A stretch of DNA of 53,335 bases, counting the filler, from Diploschistes diacapsis (taxonomy: Eukaryota), in assembly GCA_023645945.1 (NCBI GenBank). It is 3 parts of 3 records of this genome, joined end to end, with 100 filler letters (N's around TTAATTAATTAA, not from the genome) between each part and the next. Parts side by side here need not be neighbours in the genome. Positions count along the whole stretch, not along the records: positions 35,633 to 53,335 come from JALAIB010000442.1; 2 more parts are not named here. One strand, given 5' to 3'. Shown here one piece after another: positions 35,633 through 48,100 of this stretch. The notes under the pieces were generated by a model that was not told where the DNA came from, did no database searches, and saw nothing but the letters and a program-made list of their open reading frames with translations. Positions within the stretch are counted from its first letter, which is position 1, and each line of letters opens with the position of its first letter. The position numbers and the translations under genes were made by a program.

Positions 35633-37745
35633 CCCTCCTTCCACTCCGCCCTCGCCCTCCTCCCCTGCGCGATCTTCGCGCCGAACCACGTCCGGGCGTT
35701 CTCAAAGATGCGTTGAAAGTGCCAGTAGATGCACGTCCGCGGCTCGCCGCCCATGTCCGCGACGAGGGCCGCGAACCGGGCGTTGAAGAGGTCGAAGTAA
35801 TGGATCACGTCGGCCGTCTGCTGGAAGATGTCGGAGCTGAAGCCCGGGCCGCCGGAGAGCGTGAGGCGGCCGAGCAGCAGCAGGTTGTAGGAGAGGCGGG
35901 CGAGGTCGAGCATGGTCAAGCGCTCGATTGCCGCGAGGGGCAAGGCGGCGAGGAAGGAGAGGGTGGTTTTCAGGGAGTCGAGGCAGCCGAGGAGGAGGTC
36001 GGTGCGGGTGGTGCTGGTGAGCCAGGTGTGGAAGAGGGTGCTTGGGTGCGGGTGGGAGGTGGAGTGGTCGGATTGGGTAGAGGGGGGCGAGTCTTTGGCT
36101 TTGTCGATGTCAATGTGGAGGATCACTTCGTGGACGTAGGAGCAGGTTGAGTGGTAAAGGGCCATTATTGACGCTGCGCGGGTGTTAGGTTGGGAGTGGC
36201 TATTGGGATTGGGAAGGGCATGAGGTGACGGGGACTTACGCATGGCTTTCACTTCGGGCGGAAAAGAAATCTCGATCTCTTGTAGATTAGCCATGAAGGC
36301 GCGGACTGAAAGTTGGATCCGCTCCGGGCTTAGCCGCGCTTCGTCTATGTAATCGCTGTAGCCGAACATGATGCCTACTTCCTCCGCCAGGCGTTGGATC
36401 CGAATGTAGTGGATCAGATACTCGTCCATTGGCGCTTCCTTATTCTCGGCAAGTTCAAGCGCGCATTGCTCGACGTGTTTAGTGTATGCCAAACCATTCG
36501 GCTTCCTCAATATTATCGCCAGCCTGCATCGAATGAGCTGGGTAATTGAACTCTCAGGAGAGGTAATGCACACGCAATCCACTTACGCAGACGTCAGGTA
36601 GTAAGCTCCGATGAACGTTCTTTTGGCCTCTGACTCTGAAGTGATGGGAACGGCCGTGTCCTTCTTACAAGCCAGACATGCCCGCACGGGATGCAGAACG
36701 AATCCGGTCTTCTCCCCCGACGGCCTCCCAATCTCGAGGTCAATGACCATGGAGACGGCCAGCTGCGTCAGCTGATAGAGCTGCTGGCGGCAGGGTCGAA
36801 AGTTCTGATGATACCTGCATGCTTAGCTGAAGCTTGTGGGCTGGGAATACAAGGGTAGAATACCAAGCTAGGTAGACGAGCAAGCCTTGCAGCAAGTCCA
36901 AGCTCAGTTCTCCCTCGACAATGACCTTCATCGAAAGCAAGTCCCGCAGCTCCCTCTCCAAGAGTACCTGCAAGCTACGAGCACGCTGCGACGTCATGAC
37001 GAGAACCGAGAGTAGAAGGAAAGGTTTCTCCCATCGTATGGTTTCCAGCGAAGTCGTAGGATCGATGTAAATAAATGGATAGTCCCGGCTTACGTCCTGG
37101 TAGACCCGGAGCAGCTCCTCGGCTTCCTGCACCGTGAGCACGCCTTTGTCGACAACATCCAGGCGGCGTCGGAGGTCTCCTCGGCAGTCTGAAGCCGGGG
37201 GTGTCAATGTCTGGCCCTGAGCAGGAATGGCCCGCAAGACGAAGGGGTTCAAGGTACCGGTACTGTTGTCCGCAGAGGAGACCGGGCTCGGGACCTGCGC
37301 TGTATTTGCATTTGTCGATTCAGGGTGACGATTGGCTTGAAGCAGGGCATAGATATTATCGAGCTTCTTCTCGACTTCGGCAACTCGGCTGCACAGGCGT
37401 TAGTAATCGGAATTCTAACCACCTCGTTTTAATGCATGCGACCAATGGGTGATGCGCCGTGATGATGCGATGCAGGGGCTTGACGAACGTATGAGTTTGC
37501 TTGCCCCTTTTGGAGCGCGGCTGCGCTTCGGCATAGACACAGTTCTTGTGATACTTTAGACATCTATTGTTTAGTTGTTAGACATCTTTTTGCAACGTTG
37601 CGGACGGCATTCTGCACCTTTCGCATTCCTTGACGCCGGCATCAGCGACGGGAACGCATTTCGCTTTTGCTGTCCGGCATGGCTCGCAGGAGCGGAGGAA
37701 CGGCTTGTCCTGCTTGGGCTTGTTCGCATTTGCTGCAATATTCAT
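35633..37745 (-). CDS. Zn(II)2Cys6 transcription factor, 3' end lost in the assembly gap
   Basis: ATG at 37745. Intron 37564-37617 joins CEPCRTAKAKCVPVADAGVKECER to CLKYHKNC (CX2CX6CX10CX2CX6C). Downstream middle-homology-type motifs DVVDKGVLT, KPFLLLSVL, SLDLLQGLLVYLAW. Confidence 0.88.
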
Positions 37746-38313
37746 CGTTCCCTTTCGCAATTCCTCACAGTAGGTGTTTTTCAATAATGGACACGTATTG
37801 ACGGCCAAACGATACTCAACAAAACAATTCAGCTCAGTGAAACAACGTGAATCATGACGTTGGTAGCAGTGCCAATTCTATGGTTGCCTGGATTAGTAAT
37901 TACACTCTACATTTTCAGCTCTCTGGGCTGGATTTGAAGATGGTGATGGCGCTGTAGTAGTGGTCTGTACATAGCCTACCGTTACCAGTAAAAAGAGCCT
38001 GGGTAGTATAAGTAGCAGGGCATGTAACACAGGTGCATAATGCATAATTGTCTAATTACCACACCCATAGACCATAGCTCACTCGGTCCGCTAGAACGTC
38101 TACTATGTACAAGGCCTTCGAAAGCCACTTTCGATGGCATTGCCCTCATGCTCTTGGAATGCTTCTGAGTCCCCGACGCCTCTTCATAGCCTCCCGGCAT
38201 CCTGCAGCCCGTGTGCCTCCAGCATATCGCATATCACGTGGTTCATGACCGCATCAGAATGAAGAACAAGTGAGGATACCCTCCTCGCACTCGGACGACA
38301 AGGATCCACGCAT

Positions 38314-41300
38314 CTAAAGCGTTTCCCACCCGCCGTTGTTGACATCCGCCTCCAGTTTCCGGCTGATGACTGTCGGAACGCTGTGCTCCAGCCAGGTCTT
38401 TCGAAGTAGAGCATCGTAGCGCTTCTGGCTGAGAATCAACTGCCTGCTCCGCCTGAGACCCGGATCGACCTCGCCGTGCTTGTCGAGATAGGGTGCGTGC
38501 GCCCAGGAGCCGTTCCTGTTGTGTAGGTACAGCACGGTGCATTTGCGCAGGCTAATGAAGATACCCACGTTCCCTCCACATCTGCCTAACTGTTAGCTTT
38601 TCAACACTCGATCTGGGTCAGTGAGAACACACATCTTCATGTGCTGATTGCACCCTCCCAGGCCATCAACGCTACAGCAGACGGCTTGGCTGCAGAAGAT
38701 ATCGCCACAGAAGAGGCAAATTGCAGGCTCCACAAGCTCCCTCTTAGTCGTAGGGCAGCGGCGACGCATCATCTCGTCCAAAAGAGTGTCGTAGTACTTC
38801 GGCAAGCCGACAAGCTCAAAGATACCCGGATGGGATGGCCTGAGCCCCGGGACGGCAGCACTCGAGAGCAGCGACCGAGCTTCGGTCATATGACCCCAGT
38901 GCCTAAACCACGCTAATATCATTGACTTTAGAACAAAGTTCCCACCATCTTCGGGCCCGCGTCCGACAAGCTGGAAAGCTTGAGCCAAAGAGGGCAAGCG
39001 CATTGCCTTCACTAAGCGATCGAGCTCCGGCTGATCCATGTCTCCGTAGCCTGTATTTGGGAATTCGACCCCATACCGGATGTGTAAGAGCATCGCAGCC
39101 TTCCGCAGGTACGTATGAGCATTGGCCGATATTAAGAGGTACGCACGCTTCAAGACGACATCGTTGCACCTGCTAAACTTGGTGAGGAGATCACCATGAA
39201 CTTCCAGGTAGCTCATAACATTCCTCAACTCCTTCAATGATTCGCCATCCACGCCCGCTGATTTGAATTCCGGTACGGAAACGTGCGCTAGATCGCTTGC
39301 CAACTTAGGGTTACAGTGGAGTGCAAGGATGGTCTTCACGATTTCCATGAAATAACACAGCTGCACGAGATGCACAATATCGATGCGCAAGGCGGGCACA
39401 AGACACACGGAGACTTCTGTTAGCAGAACAAACGGATCCTCGGCCAGTGCTGCAGCTGGTTGTGTGCCTACTTCAGGGCTTTTCATCCAAGGCGTTCCTT
39501 CAAAGATCTGCGGATGCCCAGCGAATAGCTGAAGAAGCTGGTTTTTCTGTGTCTGTGTGAACTCTGCGTTTGCTCGATTCAAGCCCTGGGTTCTCGATGC
39601 GCCCATGGCGACATACGTTGAGGCGGACTCTGAAAGTATCCGAAGGTGCGTCAGAGTGATGGAGGGTATCTTACTAAGGAACAACGACCCAGCATCCGCC
39701 TCAACGCCACGATAAGCGATTTCAACCGCGGAGATGGAGAACCCGAGTGTAGTAGCGAGAACATCTGTGGACACGAGCTCATTGACGTTAGATGAATGTT
39801 CGTAAGCATAGGTGAAGCGTGACGGAAGATGGTTCTTCAGAATCGTGTCCCTTATGCGGCCGTATATCAACATCAACTCCTCTATCAAGACAGCCTCTGA
39901 TGGTGAAACTGCACTGGTGCCTTCCTCGTCATGGAATGTTACTGGCATCATGTTGAAAAGATATCGCAGGGGGGACATTGGACCAGGTTCGGTGGCTGCT
40001 CTGTTGACTGTGGCGACCCCGGATGCTGGGGCAAGGAATGTGCTCGCCAGAGTATTAGCAAATACGTCCTGTTGCTTCGTGTTTGTTCCGGTATGTTCAG
40101 CAGGAACTTTCAAATACCTGGAGGCCAGCAGGCCAATTTGCGAATCGACCCAGTCTATGAACGAAACTTCGGTTTCCAGAACACCAGGAAACGACTCCTC
40201 TTTCCCTCTCCAGATGATTGGCAGAAACGTGTTGCCCAAAGCTTTGCAGAGAGGGCAGCAAAACTCATTAAGAGCCAGGTTTTCTGGATGATTGCGAGCT
40301 ATCTGATGTGCTTGCCGCCGAACAGTTGCATTGAAGTATGCTTCAAAACAGCTGAAATGCATAATATGTCCGCAACCAGTAGAAATAGGTCCGGAGCGGC
40401 AACTAGACGCCTTGAAGCCCTTGCCGAGACCTTGTCGCTCGCTGGTAATCTGCCTTCCGTCTGAAGACAGTTTTTTGATGGGAAAGTGATTCTGTCCACC
40501 AACCCCATATGGACGGATACTCTCGGCAGATCTATCAAGACTAGAAGGAATGGCCAGTGCTTCTTGTACGTACTCGAGATCGGTCATCTCCGTCTGTCGA
40601 AGCATGCGGCTCTCCATCAACATTCCAAAAGTTCCATAGAGACGATTGTCGTTTGTTTCCTCTTGGCACAAAATACAGTTCCCACCCGGATACTTCCAGA
40701 GTTTTTTGTGTTCTTCTTGACCCATTGCGACTGATTCTGTCTCGTCAAAATCATCCTCCCCCCAGTCAAAATCGTTCTGGCTGTTAAGAAACGCTTGCTG
40801 CTGTAGCTGAAACTGCGCCATGACTTTCGCTTGTCTGTCCAGAGCAGCTTTTTTCTTAGTCTCCAGCTCCTCTACTGAGGCTGCCAAGGGGGTATCTGTG
40901 CCTCCTTTTACCATGGAAATGCCTCTTGCCTCTGTCACTTTCATAACGGATTGCGGTCGTTTTTGCTGAAGTCTGGCAAGGATCTTACGTGTCTTGGGAT
41001 GACAGCCTGGTAGATCATCTCGATTCAACAGACCATGGAGGGATAAAAAGATAGAGTCGTTCTCGTTGGCACCATTGAAGAGAACACGGTGTGCGAAAGA
41101 GTTCCGCGCCTCGGGATCGAGCTCATCGTCTTTGCTTGTATCTTCTAGCACAGCGGCTAGAACAAGGTGCAGTACGACCATAAGGAAAGCCTCTATCCTG
41201 GTCGTTTGGATATTAGGATTGTCTCTGCGCGCCGTAAGAGCCCATCTGAGCGAATATAAAACGATCTGAGCAAAAACGCCTGTTCTAGTAAAGGCGCCTA

Positions 41301-44300
41301 GGTCTTGGAAGAGCCCACTCTTGATCGGTCGTAGCTTTGGCTCCATCACAACTTCAGCAGCTGGCTTGCCAGTCTTCTTCGACACCCAGTTGCGGTAGAC
41401 TGCTTCCGCTTCATCGCGTTGGTTTTTTGTGTAATGAAGGATGTAGGGGTCTATCTCCGCAAGGTACTCGGATTTCAACTCGAACGTTCCCGTGTCCGAA
41501 AGGCCTTCAGGAGGCTTGAACCTTGTCATTTCGTCGAGTATATCTTGAAATTCGTCGAGATCTTGGAACTTGTCAGCCGACCGAGCGCATAGGTCGGAAA
41601 AGGACAATGGCTTGAAGCAGAGGATGTGGGTGATATCGCGGCGAATAGCAAGCGCTTGAGGCGAAGGCTCGTCCTCTGGCGAATGGAGCGAGGTTCTTTC
41701 GATAAGAAGCACTATGAGAAGGTGAATAAAGTCCTCTGCGATATCTAGCATTTGCGTGTCTTCATGGCTCTCGCGAATCATGAAATTTCCGGCCATCCAG
41801 TCCGACATGCCGAACCTATCAATTATCGAAAGCAGAACCCGACCCGGATTGCAGACCACTATTGCTGTCTGCAGCAGAAAGATGTCTCTTTGATGAGCCA
41901 AATCTCGTTGCTGCACACCTCTGTAAGTGCCCATCTGGTGGCGAAGACTCAACCCGTTTCTAACCCACATCCCGGCTTTCATTTGCGCGAGCCATGCACA
42001 GACTCTCAACGGGAAATCAAAGAGGGCCATCAAGTAAGTCTCCGGAGGAAACGGTGGCACTGTTGCACGGCATTGAGCGTAAGGAGCGGCATCGGAAAGT
42101 TCTTGAGTGGTGAAAGTGAGCAAGCCTCGGACTTCCTCGGGCGACATGCTTTTGGCACAGTCAAGGATCCACGACAGCGTATAATGCAGGGCATGGTGGA
42201 AACTGATGGGCTCGTTCTCCACCACGAAGTCGACGATATCGTACATCTCAGGCGCCGAACTCATGCCACCAGCTTCAAGCTGGTAGCCTAGGTCACCCAT
42301 ACGCTTGAAACGAATTTCGTCCCTGATCTCTGCTTGATCGAAAAGTCTGCGCTCGGTGCCGATGGAGTTGATGACAGCGGCCCTGGCAAAGATTCTCATA
42401 ACCTTACAAATGCTGTCATAGTTCGCGCCTCCGTTCCATCTGAATGCATCTGCAAATTGCCTACAGAGCCTATTGAGCTCTCGAGTTAAGAGGGAAGCGC
42501 TGATCCAGGTATCCGTTTCGTATTCCACGTGTTCTCCAATGGCCCTAACATTGGGACAGATTCCCTGAGGAAGCTTGATCAGGTCTAGGAACTGAAGAAC
42601 GTAGCGCTCATCATGTCGTAGTCTATCCTGAACGTACTCTGCAAGGAAAAGGTGCTTCAGATCCATAAAGAAGTGGTACATTCTTCGATTTGTGACAGAG
42701 CCTGTTTCAAAAGCAAGTGTGGCGACAGGGTCAACGTCCCACGGATGTCCGACTTGTCGAGTTGTCAGGAAAGTATAGAGAATCGCTATGAGGTTAGTAA
42801 GAAAATTGCCCTTCTCGACAACTTCCAGAGTGATTGATGGGGTGGTAAGCATTTGGAGAGAAAGGTAGATGATTGAATGGTCAGGCTCCCTATCCGCGAT
42901 GAGGTATAGCTGCGCCAAAACAGTGTAAAGTCCTGCGAAGCGTAGACCAAGAATGCGTTTGAACTCTGGCACTGTAACAACGGTGCTAATGTAGAGATCT
43001 CTGAGATCGACTCGCGCCTTCTTCCATAGTCTTAGGTCGAATAGTATCAGCCAGTCAAGCCGGACCCGCTGTCTGATATCCTCGGCAAGTGGAACACTAG
43101 GTTGAGCCTCTTCGAGTCTCTCTACCCAGTATCGCGGTGGCGGTCTGCTTAAAATTGACCTGTTATGCGAATATGGAGTTTTTGGGACAGGTACAACAGC
43201 TTTTGGAGTCGTCTGAGCCGAGTCCATAGCATCTGAACTGGTTGGGCGGACGGAACGAGGCAGAGCCGGACTAGGACCTGGCGGTGGAGGCGGGGGCGGC
43301 GGATATCCTGCCATTGTAGCCTCAGAAACTTCGAGATCATCGTCCGGCTCACGCTCGCCCGTGGCCCGCATGTCGAGATCGCCATCAGCATCTGACGAAG
43401 CGAGATCGATGTCGAGCTCCATGAGATCGTCCGTCTCCCCTTCGCGAGATTGCGTATCATCTTCATCTTCGTTGTCTTCGTCTCTGGCTTCCTCGCGATC
43501 CTGGACGTTTCGCTGAAACACAGTAACGGCAATCCCTCCGTTTGGCTGGAGTTGAATGTCGTGGATGTTACGGCCTGAGAAGAGTGCTCTTTCCCGTAAG
43601 GTTTCGTCAATCTCGTGATCATCAATACCATCTTTGCCGATGTCCGCGTTGGAAGCCCTGCTGCCAGTCCTCCAAGGCTTGAGCATCTCCTGACAAACGG
43701 TTTGCTTCAGAATACTGCCATCAGGTCCAACCGCGCAGCCAGCAATGTCCAGAAGCCACTCGATTATCGTACTGCACATCTGTTCGCGGAATGTGTCACG
43801 TGCCGAACGTATGGTGACTGTAATCTTGATCTTCTCGATGATGGTGGCCTCCTCCAGTAGATGATCAAGGTCTTTCGAATACGTGATAACGCTGCGGCCA
43901 ATGTCGTCCGTTTCCCTGGCCTTTTGGTGTCCAAATTCCTTTCTCTTCTTGCAAGCTCTAGACACTTGATTCGTCACTTCCACCATAGAGTGCTTCTCGT
44001 CGTTCCAAAGGACAAGCGCATAGTCAGGCTCCACCTCATGATCATGACCTTCTCCGTACCATTTGGAGGAGAGTCTGGATGACCTCTCATCTTCCTGTAT
44101 CGAGTCCTTGGACTTTGGAAGGCGGAGCTGTTCCGGCGAGCAAGAAATCACATCGCACATGTAATCGAAAGCTCGACCAATCGTCATGCGGATGCTCTCG
44201 GCGAGTGACTCAGGAACTTTCACCGGAACCTTGTGCTTTTCTTGAGACATTGAGGATTCCTGCACCGAGTGTATTGCGCAATTCACGGGTATTCTCCATG

Positions 44301-44733
44301 CTTCTACATCTCCGCAGTCACAACACCCACTATTACCCGGTGATATTGTGACGAAGACCATATGATCGGCATGATCGGAGGATTCAAAGCACCTACTACA
44401 TAAGACGCAAGTGTCGTCCATCGTGCAGGTCTTGCATCGATACGTCGCCTCCCCACTCTTGAAGATATGTCCGCATGGTTTCCCTCTGGCATTTTCGGTA
44501 TACTCTGACCCTTCCGTGCAGCCCTGAGCATCACGGAGGGACCAATCCTCATCTTCTACTGGGAACTTGTTGTTGAACAGAACCTTCAGATATTCCGGAT
44601 TATAACCTACCAAGGCTTTGAAAAGCACTCGAAGGAGGTGATTCCGCGCTTCCTTGCTATACTGGTAATTGTAATTCTCGGGAAAATCACGGAGAGAGCG
44701 GCAGAGCGTTCGCTCTTGCTCCGATACAAGCAT
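38314..44733 (-). CDS. UBR1: N-end-rule E3 ubiquitin ligase
   Basis: UBR box CGHIFKSGEATYRCKTC...GCCDCGD; ClpS-like LVLWNDEKHS; RING CILCQE...GCGHIMHFSC...CPLCK. A last intron at ~38582-38632 leads to APYLDKHGEVDPGLRR...NNGGWETL*. First ATG taken at 44733 (the ORF track opens at TTG 44775). Confidence 0.93.
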
Positions 44734-45169
44734 GTTCAACTCATGCGAGTTGTAGAATGAGCTGCTCAGCGACAAAGCTTCACATGTTGCGGTCTCGTCT
44801 CTTCTGATATGTAGAGGGGGGCCGTTGCTGAGACTTGGTGGGATGAGAATCAGATGGTAGTCGGGAGTTCGTAGAACTGGAGCTCTAAGACGAAAGCACC
44901 CTATAACAACTTACTGTACTAGGCCACAAGTAGTTAAGTCTATCATAAGCGGCGTTAAAATAAACAAGTCAATCCTGTACGTCATCACGACACCATTTGA
45001 AGTTTTTGAATTATGAATTACGGTGTCCGTGTCTGTGTCAATAAACTACATTTGATCTATAAATCTGTAGCTACATAATTCGAACACACTAGGCAAAGCG
45101 AATCATATTAACCCTGTTGGAACATAAGAACTTCTCGTTTCTAATAGCCATTATAACTGGAAAGTGATC

Positions 45170-48100
45170 TTATATCTCTTCGTTTTCGTGCTTCTGCAAC
45201 AACGCATAGGCAATGATTTCTGCGAAGCTTTCGACACTGGCCTTCTTATCCAGCGACATCAAGAATGACAGATCGACATTAAAAACGCGGTAAAGGTACG
45301 ACCGCAGTTCGGCCGCAAGCATCGAATCCAGCCCGAATAATGACAGTTTCGTCTGCGGCTGCAGCTGGTCTGCGTGCAACAGCAGCAAATTGCATAATTT
45401 GGCTGCGACAATCTTCTGCACTTGTTCAAGTAAGCAGATGCCGCGCGTTGTACTGTTAAGCTCCTTCCTCTGCAAGATCGCAACGATGCTATCCGGAGTG
45501 TTCTTATCAGACGAGCCACCTCCTATGGCTGCGTGTCCTCCTTGTTCTACGGCCGCTCGAAGCGATCGGGCCGTAAGAAGTGACCGTGCGTCGTCCAGTA
45601 CATGGCTGTCCCCTTCAAATCCCTGGCTACGCTGGGACAATAGGCCATGCGACTCCAGGCCTGTGAGGATATGCCCCTCTACAAAGTGTTTCCGGCCATA
45701 CTCGTGCTCCGTGGTGTTGGCCTGGCTCAGTGCATTGTCGATAATCAAAAGAAACTCGGTTTCGGTTATTGGGTGTAGCCCTCTGCGGAGAAGCAGGGAC
45801 TCGATCTCGGGATGTTCGGCAAGATATCCGACCTCAGATATCATTCCTAGACCGATCGCAACGGCAGGTTGGCCCATGCTGCGCCGATACCGAGCAAATG
45901 CGTCCTGAAAAGCATTACCGGCGCAATAATTACCTTCGGTTGCGGTACCCAAGCTTCCTGAAATGGAGCTTGTTAAGAGGAAAAAATCCAGCGGCACATC
46001 TTTGAGAGCATTATGAAGGTTCCAGCTGCCTTTGACCTTGGGATTTATCGATTTGAACCATTGCTCCAAAGACATATTGATGAAAAGAGTCTCCTATCAA
46101 AATAGTGAATAAATCATCGTCCTAGAAAAGGCTAACTACTTACGTGAAGAGACATGGCAGCATGCACAACGCCTCCGACCATACCAAAGCGGTCCAGGGT
46201 TGAATTGACAAGACGCTGGACGTCATTTGGGATAGATATTATCTCCAGTGAAGACCTCGACGTTAATTCCGCTCTTTTCAAGGTCAGCAACGAGAGCTCG
46301 ACCGGCAGGTTTGTTGGCTCCAGATCGGCCCATAAAGATTAAGTTTCTAGCGCCTCTCTGAGCCATCCATCTCGCCAGACTGCGTCCAAGACCACCAAGG
46401 CATCCGATCAAGATATAAGGTTTATCAGGATCGAATCGGGTTTGATATCTTTGCGGAATGAGCTGTGAATCATGTTAGTCGTTTATATCTCAAAAGATTG
46501 GGCTATTGACAGGAACTATAGACCCTGGATCGTTCATCCTGATTAAGACTTTAACAATCCTGGAATTGTTGGACTGATATCGCATAGCGTCAATGACTTC
46601 TGAAACATCAAATCTCTTGATAGGCGCAGGTTGAACCTGTTTCGACCGAACGAGCTCGATCGAGTCATGAAGCAGGCTAGAGAGCAATCAGTTATGTTGA
46701 CCATGCAGAAGAATCTCTCTAGATTGACCTCTGGTATATGTCCCGCTGATGGTTCGATTCAAGAGCTATATAGAAAAGGTCATTCAGATCAAATACCGAG
46801 AACGTGAGGTTTTTTAAGAATGGTTTCATGTCAAGCCGTCCGGAATCTACAATATCCCTCTTTCCTACCTTCATAAACCTTCCAAAAGAAGCACAAGCCC
46901 GCCAGCTTGCCGCAAGAAGGTCACCACTCAGGAAATTCAAGACGATGTTGACGCCCTGGCCGGCTGTGGCCACCATTATGTTAGCCAGGAAGCTTGTGTC
47001 ACGAGATGAAAAAATCCGCTGTCCTGGACTATGATAGTTTTGCATAAGATACTGCCTCTTTTCCATAGTGCTTACTGTGGCAAAAATCTGGCTGTTGTAA
47101 GTATCAGAGAACGGTATCTGTGGAAGCGTACTGGCTTCTGCATGGTGTATCTGCGCGATCTGAATAGCTGCCAGTCCTACAGCACTGGTAGCTGAATGAA
47201 TCAGAACGGTCTGTTCCCTGTTAGCAATCAGGCTTGGGCTCATATCTTTGACTAAGCTACCTCTCCATGCTGTATATTGGCTAGGTTTTTCAGCGAGTGG
47301 AGTGCGGTTGCGAATACGGTAGGAACCGTAGCGAAAACCTGCGGTCAAAGTCAACCGAACGGCAGTCGAGGCAGATAGGAGAGTCTAAGCAGCACCTCAG
47401 GATCTTCGTTATCTTGCAGCTTTTGGCAGGCCCATTCAGGCACTTTAACGAAAGTTGCAAATGGAGTTGGAGCCATGACAACCACCTTATCGCCCACCTC
47501 AAGGGTCTTTACCGCAGAACCAACTCTTTTGAATTGACCACAAAGTTCACGTGAGAGCGATTCCTCTCGGGAATCCACCCTCCCATGTAGAGCAAGTAGA
47601 TCCTAGGAAAAATCATTATGAGTGGCTTTGCTTCTACTTCATGGATCGCGGTCTTACCTTCGCATTTAAACTGATGGCCAACACTTTGACTACAACCCAG
47701 TCCGGCTCTAAGATAGGTAGTGGGTCTTCTAATTCCACAAAATGAAGGGTTTCTAGCTGACCAAGGTGCTTGATCGATAGCGTGCATGAGTTAGTATCCA
47801 GCATTGTCGAGTTCAAGCTTTGACGATCGCTAATGGCATGGAACCGCCTATTAAGACTTCGTTCTGGGGCAAAGCGACTAATATGAAGCACACCCTCATG
47901 CTGCAGATACTCAAGCTCAGCCATATGATCAGTTCTCAACTGGGGTATGACCCAGCAGATGTTGGAATTCAAAGCCTGTATCTCTTTATCGGCAGGTGCG
48001 ACGTCGATATGGCAAAACTTTAGAGATGGATGCTCTACCATGACTGCTCGCGCGAGGCCAGGTATAATGGCACTCTCGGGGTTAGAGGCGCGGAAAAGAG

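Noticed and set aside
45170..46430. Standalone KR-ACP gene from the 301-aa ORF
   Set aside because: The Rossmann half of the KR is in an upstream exon with a frameshift near 46240; this is just the least damaged part of the pseudogene.
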